A DNA stretch of 64,000 bases from an uncultured cyanobacterium (GCA_963744145.1 CAVUSO010000001.1:7104001-7168000); one strand, 5' to 3'; numbered from the stretch's first letter, positions 1 to 10,896 are shown. The notes: generated from the letters alone by a model not told the origin. Translations and numbers: made by a program.

Positions 1-277
1 AATTATAGCACAATACTACCGTCTCCAACTGGCACACTATGACCCAAATCAAATCTGGAAAAATCTGGGGTTCCTTTTTAACCCGATTTAATAATTTAAG
101 ATTTTTAGCTTGAACTAAGCTGGTTTGTGCTAAAATCCCAATACTCAATTATTATTTGGGGTTTTTCAGGGAAGTAGTCTATTGGCTACAATAGGATTCT
201 ATCTTTTCCTGAAGCGATCGCTTTTTTTTGTAACTTCCTGATTGCTCGGATTAGTAATTCCTCCTAAAATAAGGGTT

Positions 278-1129
278 ATGTCATCAAATAGAATTAATAT
301 TATCCACCTCTCCGATTTACATTTTGGAACTGAAGACAATGCTAAAATTTGGTCAGGTCAACTTGCAGAAGATGTTGACGAATTGAAGTCGAAGTTTTCC
401 CATATAGATGTGGTTATTTTATCTGGTGATATTGCTAATAGATCTACACCACCAGAATATAAGGCTGCTAAAATTTTTGTAGATAATATAAAGGAAGAAT
501 TTAATTTAGAACCTAATCAGATTATTATCGTTCCGGGAAACCACGATCTTAATTGGGATTTAGCAAAAGAATCTTATAATGAATTACAAGATAGACCAAC
601 ATTTCCAGGTAAAAATCATATTATAAAAACTGAAACAGTAAAAGATATTTTATCCTCAATGATGGCCCTTTTAAATCGTTCTGTTGTAGTTGAAAGATAT
701 TTTATTAGAGATGACAAAAAATATAAAGATCGCTTCCAACATTTCAGTAAATTCTATGAAGATATCAAAGGAGAACCTTATCCTTTAGAATATGAAGATC
801 AAGGCATTTTACATTATTATGAGTCCCGAAAACTGCTGATTCTGGGGTTAAATTCTGCTTGGGAATTAGATCATCATTATAAGACTCGTGCTGAAATTAA
901 CGAAAATGCTATTAATAAAGCATTGAAAACAATTCGCAACAATCCAACTTATCAAGACTGTTTAAAAATCGCAGTATGGCATCATCCACTGCATAGTTCT
1001 TTTGAAGATCGTATTAAAGATCACGGTTTGATCCAAACATTAGCGCGTAGTGGTTTCCGTTTAGCTCTACATGGACATATTCACAAGGTCATGGTGAAAA
1101 TCATTTGTGCGAGTTATTATTGTCTTTGA
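278..1129 (+). CDS. Metallophosphoesterase (calcineurin-like), probably truncated at the 3' end by an IS remnant
   Basis: Motifs HLSDLHFG, LSGD, VPGNHD, WHH, LHGHIH. After HGHIHK the frame runs into transposase-derived DNA. ATG at 278. Confidence 0.75.
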   Translation: MSSNRINIIHLSDLHFGTEDNAKIWSGQLAEDVDELKSKFSHIDVVILSGDIANRSTPPEYKAAKIFVDNIKEEFNLEPNQIIIVPGNHDLNWDLAKESYNELQDRPTFPGKNHIIKTETVKDILSSMMALLNRSVVVERYFIRDDKKYKDRFQHFSKFYEDIKGEPYPLEYEDQGILHYYESRKLLILGLNSAWELDHHYKTRAEINENAINKALKTIRNNPTYQDCLKIAVWHHPLHSSFEDRIKDHGLIQTLARSGFRLALHGHIHKVMVKIICASYYCL

Positions 1130-1203
1130 ATTTACTAGCTTTTTTATTTCATACTGTTTTGGATTTAGTTAATTACATCTATCAAAAAGTTCGTGAACTA
1201 TTA

Positions 1204-1231
1204 GTACGGGCGTATTGCCATACGCCCCTAC
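1204..1231. repeat. GTAG-type REP-like palindrome inside the IS remnant
   Basis: gtacgggcgtattgccatacgcccctac, with a near reverse-complement copy at 1378-1405. Confidence 0.75.
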
Positions 1232-1377
1232 TACTTTCTTTAAGGATATTCGGACCTTATTAAAATATTTATGGTTCAAAGATTGGTCAGATTTATTCTC
1301 ATTTATTCTCACCGAGAATGTCCCATTAAAAAAACTAAATTCTAGTTGAAAAATATCAATATATTGAAAGAGGAAGG

Positions 1378-1405
1378 GTAGGGGCGTATTGCAATACGCC
1401 CGTAC
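1378..1405. repeat. GTAG-type REP-like palindrome
   Basis: gtaggggcgtattgcaatacgcccgtac. Confidence 0.75.
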
Positions 1406-1746
1406 TTTTTTATCAAAAAAAACCTAAAAAATGGGTGAGAATTTCATCTGGATGTATCAGTTGAAATCGATTTTTCATGGACAAATTTCTGAAAACTTGT
1501 CTATCTTCAGCGTCGGATGATAATTATCTGTCAAAAAATCATGCTTCGACACAAGTTCTCTATTTAAATAAGAGAATTTTCTCTGATTTTTTTCAAAATG
1601 AGAATTGCTGGTCCGAATGTTCTATAATTGCTTTGTTGTGTTGCTGATGCTGCGATCGGTTTTGGGGCAATTACAGGTAGATTACTCTTACAGATTGTTT
1701 GGTTAGTTTTAGCTATAATATTTTAGAATATAATGGAGTTAGTTAG

Positions 1747-2004
1747 ATGAACAAAATTACCTTAGAAATTCCTGAGAAATTAATGAATCTAATCCGAAAC
1801 AAATCAGAATCGATCGAATCTATTTTACTCAAAGCATTAGAGGATTATTTAGCAAAGGAATCTTTAGATATTACTAAAACTAAAACTTGGGAACTTTGTG
1901 GAAGTTTAGAAATTCCTAATCCTGAACCAGAATTTATTGTTAGTGAGCAAAACTCAGAATTATCCACTAACTACGCTGAAAAAATTGACCAAATTTTATA
2001 TTAA
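1747..2004 (+). CDS. Small hypothetical protein, possibly antitoxin-like (RHH-type N-terminus)
   Basis: 85-aa ORF MNKITLEIPEKL..., with SD GGAG and a TATAAT upstream. Confidence 0.55.
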   Translation: MNKITLEIPEKLMNLIRNKSESIESILLKALEDYLAKESLDITKTKTWELCGSLEIPNPEPEFIVSEQNSELSTNYAEKIDQILY

Positions 2005-2106
2005 AGTAGAATTATCTGAGCAGTTACAACTACCTGCTGCGATCGCGTTGGGTGATAATTCAATCCGGATCAATTAAGATTTTTTTTGGGAGATACGGGC
2101 GAAGAA

Positions 2107-2176
2107 GGGCGAAGCATTCGGGTATAATATTAGTCGTTATCAGCGATAATTTTTCGCCCGAATGCTTCGCCCCTAC
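2107..2176. repeat. REPIN-like long hairpin repeat
   Basis: gggcgaagcattcggg...cccgaatgcttcgcccctac; related copies near 46138-46206 and 61585-61655. Confidence 0.7.
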
Positions 2177-2289
2177 AGGGAAATACAGGGAAATACAGGG
2201 AACTGGGCTGATTGATTGTTGGTTAGGGCGATCGCGAGTCATTAAATAATTTGGTGTAAAATTAAATCAATTCACCGCCAATTGCAAGA

Positions 2290-3252
2290 ATGGATAATCA
2301 AGTTCGCGCTAATTACGATAGTCCTTGGAAAGAAGCTCTCAATTTTTACTTTCCTCAATTTCTGGAGTTTTGTTTTCCCGACATTTACCAAGATATTGAT
2401 TGGGAGCAAGGTTATGAAACCTGGGATACAGAATTACAGGAAATAGTTAGAGATGCCGAAATTGGCGATCGATTAGCGGATAAATTGGTCAAAGTCTATC
2501 TTCGTCAACAGCAACAGGAAGTCTTCCTTTTAGTCCATGTGGAAGTGCAAGGAAGTGTGGACTTAGATTTTCCGAAGCGGATGTTTATCTATAATCATCG
2601 CATTTTCGATCGCTACGATCGCCAAGTAATTAGTCTGGCTGTATTAGGAGACGAGCAAAAATCATGGTCACCCAATAGTTATGGTTATCAGATCCGAGGA
2701 TTTACCAGTTATTTGGAATTTCCAATGGTGAAACTGTTGGACTATCAAGAACAGGGGAACTTACTGGAAGAAAGTACCAATCCCTTTGCTATCATCATTA
2801 TGGCCCATTTAACGGCAAAGAAAACAACCAACCATCCTGAAGAAAGATTTCAAGGAAAATTAAGGATGGTACGCAGATTATATGAACGCGGTTATAATCG
2901 AGAACAAATCCTCGAACTATTTCGGTTAATCGATTGGATGATGGTGTTGCCCCCAGGATTGGAACAAGAGTTTCGGGTTGAATATAAACGTTACCAGGAG
3001 GAACAGAAAATGCCTTATATTACCAGTATTGAACGTTTAGCAAAGGAAGAAGGAAAAGCCGAAGAAAGATTAGTAACAACTCGTCAGCATATCATTGCTA
3101 TCTTGACGATGAGGTTTGGGCAAGTGTCTGAATCATTAACAGCAACGATTAATAAAATTGAAGATTTAGCTCAACTAGAACAGCTTTTACTCCGGAGTGT
3201 TACTATTCTGTCTCTAGCTGATTTTGAACAAGAAATCTCTCCCAATGTTTAG
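2290..3252 (+). CDS. Rpn/YhgA-like (PD-(D/E)xK) protein, putative transposase/nuclease family
   Basis: YDSPWKEAL, ADKLVKV, HVEVQG, RMFIYNHRIFDRY, and the C-terminal MPYITSIERL...RFG domain typical of this cyanobacterial family. Confidence 0.8.
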   Translation: MDNQVRANYDSPWKEALNFYFPQFLEFCFPDIYQDIDWEQGYETWDTELQEIVRDAEIGDRLADKLVKVYLRQQQQEVFLLVHVEVQGSVDLDFPKRMFIYNHRIFDRYDRQVISLAVLGDEQKSWSPNSYGYQIRGFTSYLEFPMVKLLDYQEQGNLLEESTNPFAIIIMAHLTAKKTTNHPEERFQGKLRMVRRLYERGYNREQILELFRLIDWMMVLPPGLEQEFRVEYKRYQEEQKMPYITSIERLAKEEGKAEERLVTTRQHIIAILTMRFGQVSESLTATINKIEDLAQLEQLLLRSVTILSLADFEQEISPNV

Positions 3253-3335
3253 AGAATAAATTTTCTCTGGTTGCTCGCGATCGCGCTTTCTAAATCAGAT
3301 CATTAACTCTGATAAAAATGCGATCGCGTTCAATT

Positions 3336-4232
3336 TTATGCTCCAGCGTGATAAGAACTACGCACTAAAGGACCAGAACGGACATGGGAAAAACCCATAT
3401 TACTAGCGATCGCTCCTAACTGCTCAAATTCTGTGGGAGTCCAATATTTTTGGACGGGAAGATGAGCCAGAGAAGGACGCATATATTGACCAAGAGTCAG
3501 ACGATCGCATCCTACTGCTCGTAAATCTGTCATTGCTGCGATAATTTCTGCTTCAGTTTCCCCATGTCCCAACATTAACCCGGATTTGGTCGGAATAGTT
3601 GGGTCAATTTCCTTGACCCAGCGTAGAACAGCTAGCGATCGCTCGTACTTAGCCCCACGTCGCACTGGACCTTGCAAACGTTGTACGGTTTCAATATTAT
3701 GGTTATAGCAAGCTGGTTGAGCTTGAACTACTGTAGCTACTCTTTGATATTGCTGCTGATCGGCTGTCATCCCAACCGAAACCCCACCCCAGAAATCAGC
3801 CGTCAGGACTTCAATTTGAGTATGGGGATTTAACCGACGTATTGCTTCCATAGTTGCCACAAACCAACTAGCACCAGCATCTGGTAAATCATCTCTAGCA
3901 ACAGAGGTCAGCACTACATATTTTAGTCCTAGCAACTGTACTGATTCAGCTATTTTTTCTGGTTCTTGGGGATCTAACGGTAAGGGGGCATGGCCTTTGT
4001 CTACTTGACAAAAAGCACAGGATCTGGTGCAAATAGGTCCCATGAGGAGAAAAGTTGCCGTTTTTTGGGCATAACATTCGGCTCGATTGGGACAACGACC
4101 TTCCTCACAAATAGTATGAATTTGGCGCTGCTTAATAATTTGTTGTACGGTAGAAATATCACTAGCTTTACCGATCGACCGTCGTAACCAAGGTGGGATT
4201 GTTTCAATCTCAGACCAGCGTTGATTTTTCAT
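3336..4232 (-). CDS. lipA: Lipoyl synthase
   Basis: [12 protein letters not shown], radical SAM motif CTRSCAFC, C-terminal VRSSY. Confidence 0.95.
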   Translation of the reverse strand: MKNQRWSEIETIPPWLRRSIGKASDISTVQQIIKQRQIHTICEEGRCPNRAECYAQKTATFLLMGPICTRSCAFCQVDKGHAPLPLDPQEPEKIAESVQLLGLKYVVLTSVARDDLPDAGASWFVATMEAIRRLNPHTQIEVLTADFWGGVSVGMTADQQQYQRVATVVQAQPACYNHNIETVQRLQGPVRRGAKYERSLAVLRWVKEIDPTIPTKSGLMLGHGETEAEIIAAMTDLRAVGCDRLTLGQYMRPSLAHLPVQKYWTPTEFEQLGAIASNMGFSHVRSGPLVRSSYHAGA

Positions 4233-4575
4233 AAGTAGCGTAGATAATTTTCAGTAGATCAGTGGCCATTGTAACCAGAAAAAGATATTTTGATTTGTCC
4301 GTTCCTTGCAGGTGTCGTTAAGTTAGGATAAAAGGCTGAGTATGCTATTGAGTATTTGTGTTAAACATCTAGAAGTTTAGGGAGGCCAAAAAAAATCGTA
4401 TAGTTATTATTACCCTAGTATCAGAGATTTGGTTGAGGTGGGGCTAATTTCTGGGGGGATCGAAACCGTCTCAAAGACTAGATTGATTTTCCCAATATCA
4501 GGATGCAACCACCATCATGTCGTCAAACGACAACTTGAAAATGTAATTTTTACCTAACCACCAGAGGAGTCAGCC

Positions 4576-5178
4576 GTGGCCAATAAGATCCTGGTTATTG
4601 ATGACAGTAAAACCATTCAAAAATTAGTCCGAGATTTATTGCCGAAGGGGAATTTTGAAGTTCTCGAAGCAAAAGATGGCGAAGAAGGACTAAAATTGAT
4701 CGTCCAGGCTCGTCCTAATTTGATTATGTTGGATTTTATCCTACCTAAAGTTACTGGTTGGGAAGTATTTCAGAAAATTCAAAGCCGAAATGAACTGAAA
4801 ACTATTCCCCTGGTAATCATGTCAGGTAGCAAAGAAGAGGTAACGGCGAAAATTCCTGAACCTTTTAAATATTTTGAGTTTATGGGTAAACCTTTTACTC
4901 AGCCCCAAATTGTAGCTGCGATTAAATCTTCAATGGCTAAAGCAGAACTATTGAAGAAAGAGTTAGCCCATGCTGCACCAGCCGCCGCACCAGCCGCCGC
5001 ACCAGCCGCCGCACCAGCCGCCGCACCAGCCACCGCACCAGCCACCGCACCAGCCACCGCAGATAGTGGTGAAATTCAGCAATTAAAAGAACAAATGGCG
5101 AAAATGCAGGCAGAAATAGATGGATTGAAGAAACAATTAACTCAGGTGGTTAACATTATCAAAACTAAGCTGAAATAG
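4576..5178 (+). CDS. Response regulator receiver with Ala/Pro linker and C-terminal coiled coil
   Basis: ILVIDDS, IMLD, KPF motifs; GTG start with SD AGGAG. Confidence 0.9.
   Translation: MANKILVIDDSKTIQKLVRDLLPKGNFEVLEAKDGEEGLKLIVQARPNLIMLDFILPKVTGWEVFQKIQSRNELKTIPLVIMSGSKEEVTAKIPEPFKYFEFMGKPFTQPQIVAAIKSSMAKAELLKKELAHAAPAAAPAAAPAAAPAAAPATAPATAPATADSGEIQQLKEQMAKMQAEIDGLKKQLTQVVNIIKTKLK
4975..5060 (+). repeat. 12-bp coding tandem repeat (GCACCAGCCRCC x~7; APAA/APAT)
   Basis: Seen directly in the linker of the response regulator. Confidence 0.9.
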
Positions 5179-5239
5179 TAGTTAATTACTACGGGTTAGT
5201 CTCAAAATATTAAGCAGTAAAATCAATACTGTTAAGTCC

Positions 5240-6571
5240 ATGTCGTTAAAAATAGCACTGTCTCAACTGTTGTCAGGAACTTCTTTACTGTCGCGGATCA
5301 CGGAAGTGACAGTAAAGTCATCTGTAAAACCACAAAATCCGATCCCGCCTGAACTAGATTATGATTTGGCGATCGCTGGAGGAGGAATTGTGGGCACAAC
5401 TCTAGCCAGTGCTTTGAAGTTATCTGGTTTAAGGGTGCTGTTAATTGAATCACAAAGTAAAGCTGGAGCAGCTAGTAAAGGACAAACCTATGCTATTTCT
5501 TTACTCTCAGGTCGGATTTTTGCTGGGATTGGTGTTTGGGAAAAGATAATTGCTAAAATTGCTACTTTTAGACAAATTCGTCTCTCTGATGCAGATCATT
5601 CTGGGGTGGTACAATTTTACCCCCCAGATTTAGGCACAGAGGAGTTGGGTTATGTCGGAGAACATAGGGCTTTATTAACATCTTTGCAAGAGTTTTTAGA
5701 CCAATGTGCCCATGTCACTTGGTTATGTCCTGCTGAGGTAATTCAGGTAGATTATCAGCCCGATTGGGTAGAAATTGAGGTCAATGTCGCTGGAGAGATC
5801 CGCAAGTTGCGCTCTAAATTGTTAATTGCAGCAGATGGCTCGCGATCGCCCATTCGTGAAGCTGCGGGTATTACTACTCAGGGTTGGAAATACTGGCAAT
5901 CTTGTATTACGACTCGGATTAAGCCAGAAAAACCCCACGATTATATCGCTTATGAGCGATTTTGGCCTAGCGGTCCATTTGCTATTCTCCCTTTACCTGG
6001 CAATTTATGCAATATCGTCTGGACTTCACCTCATGCTGAAGCAAAAGCGTTGATGGAATTAGATGATCAACAATTTATGGCTGAATTGAATCAAAAATAT
6101 GGCGCTCAGATGGGACGCTTAGAAATGGTTGGACCTAGAACGCTGTTTCAAGTCCAGTTAATGCAATGCGATCGCTATGTTTTACCCCGATTAGCTTTAA
6201 TTGGTGATGCTGCCCATTGTTGTCATCCGGTTGGTGGTCAAGGATTGAATATGGGTATTAGAGACGCAGCAGCGATCGCTCAAGTTTTGCAAGAAGCTCA
6301 TCAACGGGGAGAAGATATTGGTGATCTGCGGGTCTTGAAACGCTATGAAAGATGGCGCAAACCAGAAAACTTGGTGATTTTAGGGTTTACAGATTTTTTA
6401 GATCGGTTATTTTCTAATCATTGGTTTCCTTTAGTCCTACTCCGTCGTTTTGGTTTGTGGATCTTGCGAAATATTAGACCGATCAAACTTTTGGCGTTAC
6501 GGTTAATGACGGGTTTGAGTGGTCACAGCCCTAAATTAGCAGTAATTCCCAAAAATTGTCAATCATCCTAA
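5240..6571 (+). CDS. UbiH/COQ6-family FAD-dependent hydroxylase
   Basis: GGGIVG, AADGSRS, IGDAAHCCHPVGGQGLNMG. Confidence 0.9.
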   Translation: MSLKIALSQLLSGTSLLSRITEVTVKSSVKPQNPIPPELDYDLAIAGGGIVGTTLASALKLSGLRVLLIESQSKAGAASKGQTYAISLLSGRIFAGIGVWEKIIAKIATFRQIRLSDADHSGVVQFYPPDLGTEELGYVGEHRALLTSLQEFLDQCAHVTWLCPAEVIQVDYQPDWVEIEVNVAGEIRKLRSKLLIAADGSRSPIREAAGITTQGWKYWQSCITTRIKPEKPHDYIAYERFWPSGPFAILPLPGNLCNIVWTSPHAEAKALMELDDQQFMAELNQKYGAQMGRLEMVGPRTLFQVQLMQCDRYVLPRLALIGDAAHCCHPVGGQGLNMGIRDAAAIAQVLQEAHQRGEDIGDLRVLKRYERWRKPENLVILGFTDFLDRLFSNHWFPLVLLRRFGLWILRNIRPIKLLALRLMTGLSGHSPKLAVIPKNCQSS

Positions 6572-6794
6572 CAATTACTGCTGGGAATACACCAAAGATT
6601 GGTTATATTCTTGGAGATATTTCAGGAAATCTGCCAGCGATCGCAATTTACTTAAAGATAGTTCTTCCTGTTCTTCTACCTGTTCTACAAATCCTAACAG
6701 CGTTGCTGCCCGGAACGCTCCATGCTTATTGATTGATTCTTCCTCACTATTTTGCAAAGTTTTTATCTCCAATATTGGGAAAATATCTCACAAA

Positions 6795-8501
6795 TTAAGT
6801 TTTGCTTTTTGCTTTCTTTTCTTGCTGTTTGGCTTTTTTTGCTGCTGCTTTTGCGTTTTTTTCAGCTTCTAATTTTTCTAAGCGTGCTTTTTCTTTTTCT
6901 TCTTCTATTTTGCTCAAATAATAATGGTAATCACCCCGATATAAAATTAAATCACCATTGCGGATTTCTACAATTTTGTTAGCTACTTGGGAAATAAAAT
7001 AACGATCATGAGAAACCAATATCATCGTCCCATCATAATTTTTGATCGCTGATTCCAGCATCTCTTTCGCAGGAATATCCAGGTGGTTAGTTGGTTCATC
7101 CAAAATTAACAGATTAGCTGGACTTAATAACATTTTTGCCAAAGCTAGACGCGCTTTTTCTCCTCCACTCAAAGCAATAACTTTTTTAAAAACTGTATCA
7201 CCACTAAAAAGAAAACGTCCTAACAGAGTCCGCACTTCTACATCTTTCCACTCTGGTACTTCATCATGGATGGTTTCCATGACAGTTTTATCCAAATCTA
7301 AAGCTTCTGCTTGATTTTGTTCAAAATAACTAGGAATAACGTTATGCTCTCCCAGTTTGACAATTCCTTCTGTCGGTTGCTCCATCCCATTAATTAAATG
7401 TAACAGGGTCGATTTTCCTGCTCCATTTGGACCTAAAAATGCCACCCGATCGCCCCGTTCAATTAATAAGTTTGCTCCTAAAAATAAGATTTTCTCCCCA
7501 TAAGTATGAACTAAATCCTTAATAATTACTACTTCTCGACCACTTCGAGGAGCAGGTGGAAATCGGAAGTGTAAAGTTCTTAAGTCACCTTCCGGTGCTT
7601 CAATTCGCTCAATTTTGTCGAGCTGTTTCTCCCGACTTTTTGCTTGGGTACTGCGTGTAGCACTAGCCCGAAATTTATCAATAAAAACTTGCTGACGTTC
7701 TAATTCTTTTTGTTGACGTTCATAGGCGCTAAATTGAGCTGATTTTTGTTCTTCTTTCTGTTGAAGATAAGCTGAATAATTTCCTAAATAAGTGCTAGAA
7801 ACACCCCGCTCTGTTTCCACTATTTGAGTACAAAGTCGATCTAAAAACTCCCGATCGTGAGAAACAATTACAATCGGAATTGTTAAATTTTTCAAATAAT
7901 TTTCTAACCATTCAATCGTTTCTAAATCCAAATGGTTAGTCGGTTCATCTAATAGCAATAAATCCGGTTTCTGAAGTAAAATTTTACCTAAACTCATCCG
8001 CATTTGCCAACCACCACTAAAGGCACTGACTAAGCGATCGCCATCTTCATTTTCAAACCCCATTTCTGGTAAAATCTTTTCGATTCTTGCTTCTAATTGA
8101 TAACCACTTAATCCTTCAAATTGTCGTTGCAGTTTATCCATTTTATGGATGAGTTGATCTAATTCTTCCCCACTGGAAGTTTCCATTTGGTGATGAACTT
8201 TCGCTAAAGCTGCTTGGACTTCATTTGCTTCTTTAAATACCGTCCAAAATTCCTCTCGCACTGTATGGGCCGGATCTACTTCAAATTCTTGGGTCAGATA
8301 TGCTATATGTAAACTAGCTGGACGAATAATTTCTCCTGCTGTGGGTTCAATTTCACCATTAATGATTTTCAGTTGAGTAGATTTTCCAGCACCATTTACC
8401 CCCACCAACCCAATCCGATCTCCAGGTTTCACCTCCCAGTTGACATCTTTTAAAATTTCTCCAGTTGGATAAACTTTACTTATATGTTCTAAACGTAGCA
8501 T
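6795..8501 (-). CDS. ABC-F family ATP-binding protein
   Basis: Two ABC domains (GVNGAGKST, FSGGW, LDEPTNHLD; GPNGAGKST, LSGGE) and no transmembrane segments. Confidence 0.95.
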   Translation of the reverse strand: MLRLEHISKVYPTGEILKDVNWEVKPGDRIGLVGVNGAGKSTQLKIINGEIEPTAGEIIRPASLHIAYLTQEFEVDPAHTVREEFWTVFKEANEVQAALAKVHHQMETSSGEELDQLIHKMDKLQRQFEGLSGYQLEARIEKILPEMGFENEDGDRLVSAFSGGWQMRMSLGKILLQKPDLLLLDEPTNHLDLETIEWLENYLKNLTIPIVIVSHDREFLDRLCTQIVETERGVSSTYLGNYSAYLQQKEEQKSAQFSAYERQQKELERQQVFIDKFRASATRSTQAKSREKQLDKIERIEAPEGDLRTLHFRFPPAPRSGREVVIIKDLVHTYGEKILFLGANLLIERGDRVAFLGPNGAGKSTLLHLINGMEQPTEGIVKLGEHNVIPSYFEQNQAEALDLDKTVMETIHDEVPEWKDVEVRTLLGRFLFSGDTVFKKVIALSGGEKARLALAKMLLSPANLLILDEPTNHLDIPAKEMLESAIKNYDGTMILVSHDRYFISQVANKIVEIRNGDLILYRGDYHYYLSKIEEEKEKARLEKLEAEKNAKAAAKKAKQQEKKAKSKT

Positions 8502-8752
8502 TTATAACCTCTCCATCAATAAGTTAAGCAAAACCGTCACCAGGTATCCACAGTTTCAGGATCACTAAAAACTGTTTGAGCCAAAAAAATAATTATCCCA
8601 GTATTGACCGATTAGATTTTATCTTTACAATAGTTAACAAAATGAGCATCTGTCAAGTTAAATTCGTCCAATTATCCCAATCTTTAACAAGAACTTGCCA
8701 AAGTACAGGTCTAGTGATATCATAGTTGATTGTGTCGAATTAAGGCCAGTCG

Positions 8753-8950
8753 ATGCCCAAACTAAAAACCCGTAAATCTGCCGCTAAACGATTTAGAGCT
8801 ACCGGTAGCGGCAAAATCGTGCGCCGTAAAGCATTTAAAAACCATATGCTCCAGCACAAAACTACTGCTCGTAAAAGTCGTCTATCTAAATTAACTGTAG
8901 TAGATGAACGCGATGAAGAAAATGTGCGGGGTATGCTGCCTTATTTGTAA
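8753..8950 (+). CDS. rpmI: 50S ribosomal protein L35
   Basis: [21 protein letters not shown]. Confidence 0.98.
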   Translation: MPKLKTRKSAAKRFRATGSGKIVRRKAFKNHMLQHKTTARKSRLSKLTVVDERDEENVRGMLPYL

Positions 8951-8986
8951 GTAGCTCACTCAAAATCACTAACTCACTAGAGAAAT

Positions 8987-9343
8987 ATGACAAGGGTAAA
9001 ACGCGGTAACGTTGCTCGCAAACGTCGCAATAAAATTCTCAAACTCGCTAAAGGTTTTCGGGGCTCTCACTCGAAACTGTTTCGGACTGCTAATCAACAG
9101 GTGATGAAAGCATTACGCAATGCTTACCGCGATCGCAAAAAGCGCAAGCGGGATTTCCGTCGTCTGTGGATTACCCGGATTAATGCTACTGCTCGCCTGC
9201 ACGGACTGAGCTATAGTCAATTGATGGGTAAGTTAAAGAAAGCTAATATCGAAATTAATCGCAAAATGTTGGCTCAAATTGCGGTTTTAGATCCCACCGC
9301 TTTCGAGCAAGTCGTGGAATTAGCTAAACAAGCTCAAGCATAA
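8987..9343 (+). CDS. rplT: 50S ribosomal protein L20
   Basis: [14 protein letters not shown]...[10 protein letters not shown]. Confidence 0.98.
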   Translation: MTRVKRGNVARKRRNKILKLAKGFRGSHSKLFRTANQQVMKALRNAYRDRKKRKRDFRRLWITRINATARLHGLSYSQLMGKLKKANIEINRKMLAQIAVLDPTAFEQVVELAKQAQA

Positions 9344-9345
9344 AT

Positions 9346-10146
9346 ATGAAGAATGAAGGCAAAAAAATCATTTTTTTCCTTCTTTCTTTAGTGGGGAGTT
9401 GCTGGTTGGTAACTCTAAATCACTACTCTAGGATAGCTGATGCCGCTGAGTTAACCGAAATTTTGCGGCGCGGTTATTTGATTGTGGGTGTGAAGGATAA
9501 TTGGCGTCCTTTGGGTTTTCGGGATGAAACCGGACATTTGCAAGGACTAGAAATTGATTTAGCCCAAAGACTAGCACTAGAAATCTTGGGACGTGCTGAT
9601 GCAGTTAAGTTGCAGCCCGTGATGAATCGCGATCGCTTGGCTGTGGTGTTAGATGGTCAAGTGGATCTAGTTATTGCAGGAGTAAGTATTACCGAGTCCC
9701 GATCGCGGTTGGTCAGTTTTAGCACTCCCTACTATATAGATAGCACTACCTTTATCGCCCAGAAACCGACGATCCAGACCTTAAAGGATTTAGCTGGACA
9801 GAAAATTGCGGTTTTAAATGGTTCCAGTACGATCGCCATTGTCAAATATTTTTTACCGACAGCCAAATTAATTGGAGTTGATTCCTATCAAGAAGGGCGA
9901 TCGCGACTGAATGACCATAGTGTAGCTGCTTTTGCGGGGGATATGAGTGTGCTAACGGGTTGGGTTCAAGAAAGTCCAGCTACTCACCTGCTCATATCTG
10001 TGCAACTTTCCGCCCAAGCTTTATGTATAGTTATGCCCAAAGGAATCCCATCCGATCATTTACGACGAAAAGTTAATAGGGCGATCGCCCAGTGGGAAAA
10101 TCAAGGTTGGTTACCGGAACGAAGGAAATACTGGGGATTACCATAG
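9346..10146 (+). CDS. Amino-acid ABC transporter substrate-binding protein (family 3)
   Basis: Signal peptide, GLEIDLA, SITESRSRLVSFSTPY. Confidence 0.85.
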   Translation: MKNEGKKIIFFLLSLVGSCWLVTLNHYSRIADAAELTEILRRGYLIVGVKDNWRPLGFRDETGHLQGLEIDLAQRLALEILGRADAVKLQPVMNRDRLAVVLDGQVDLVIAGVSITESRSRLVSFSTPYYIDSTTFIAQKPTIQTLKDLAGQKIAVLNGSSTIAIVKYFLPTAKLIGVDSYQEGRSRLNDHSVAAFAGDMSVLTGWVQESPATHLLISVQLSAQALCIVMPKGIPSDHLRRKVNRAIAQWENQGWLPERRKYWGLP

Positions 10147-10214
10147 AGTAGCTAACGACCAATCAAAGAGATAATAAATTTGGAAAAAACTTGGATCTCG
10201 AAAGTGAAAACCGT

Positions 10215-10745
10215 ATGGATAGTCCTTTACTAATTATCTATCTCTCTATTTTGCTAGTTTTGTTGAGTGGGGCTGCTTGGGCAGTATTGCGACAAATTTT
10301 AAAAACGCGCCAAATCGAAGTTACTCTGTCCCGATTGCAGAAAAAGTTAAGCAAAGAACCAGGTAAAGCCCAAGAGCATTATGAATTAGGCGGGATACTT
10401 TTAGATAAAAAACTTTTCTCTCAATCGATCGAACAATTCCAAAAAGCTTTGAAAGCTAAAGATTTAGAGGGAGACGAAAACATCGCTCGCATTTACAATG
10501 GGTTGGGGTTTGCTTATGCAGCTAAAGAACAGTATGACCTAGCGATTCGTCAATATAAGGAAGCGCTGAAGCATCGACCAGATTATGTGACCGCGCTCAA
10601 TAACATGGGTTTTGCTTATGAGCGGAAAAATTTAACTTCTCAGGCTTTAGAAGCTTATGAGACAGCTTTAGAATACGATGGGAACAACCGAACCGCTAAA
10701 AAACGTTCAGAATCGATGCGGAAACGGACAGTTACTTCTAATTAA
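10215..10745 (+). CDS. ycf37: TPR protein, photosystem I assembly factor Ycf37/Pyg7-like
   Basis: N-terminal TM helix plus three TPRs; conserved position downstream of rplT. ATG at 10215 is in frame with the ORF from 10191. Confidence 0.75.
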   Translation: MDSPLLIIYLSILLVLLSGAAWAVLRQILKTRQIEVTLSRLQKKLSKEPGKAQEHYELGGILLDKKLFSQSIEQFQKALKAKDLEGDENIARIYNGLGFAYAAKEQYDLAIRQYKEALKHRPDYVTALNNMGFAYERKNLTSQALEAYETALEYDGNNRTAKKRSESMRKRTVTSN

Positions 10746-10774
10746 TCAATGCTCTATTCTCATATGATCGACCT

Positions 10775-10896
10775 AACCCCCCAACCCCCTTCCCTAAGAG
10801 GGAAGGGGGAGTAATTCAGATGGTTAAATTGATGGGAGATTTATGGGATTGATTCTTGCTCCCCTTTCCTTTGAGGAGAGGGGTTGGGGGAGAGGT
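10775..10896. repeat. Pair of purine/pyrimidine-tract palindromic repeats (CCCCCCAACCCCCTTCCC...GGGAAGGGGG family)
   Basis: Lies between convergent genes; related copies at ~26496-26538 and ~53576-53615. Confidence 0.6.

Larger units (their letters stand above)
1087..1610 (+). mobile_element. Degenerate 3' remnant of an IS element (ISNCY-like transposase C-terminus plus right end)
   Basis: The frame from 1087 reads GHGENHLCELLLSLNLLAFLFHTVLDLVNYIYQKVRELLV. After a frame break it continues TFFKDIRTLLKYLWFKDWSDLFSFIL. It ends in TTTCAAAATGAGAATTGCTG, a likely terminal inverted repeat. Family recognised from memory. Confidence 0.65.

Noticed and set aside
1..270. Possible degraded minus-strand coding remnant (PIDYFPEKPQIIIEYWD)
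   Set aside because: Multiple stops and too little sequence to assign.
2052..2249. Overlapping 65-aa and 60-aa ORFs
   Set aside because: They span a REPIN-like hairpin and a 10-bp tandem repeat, so they are probably non-coding.
6575..6772. 65-aa minus-strand ORF after ABC-F
   Set aside because: It could be real because it fills the gap, but it has a TTG start and no recognisable motif, so it was not called.
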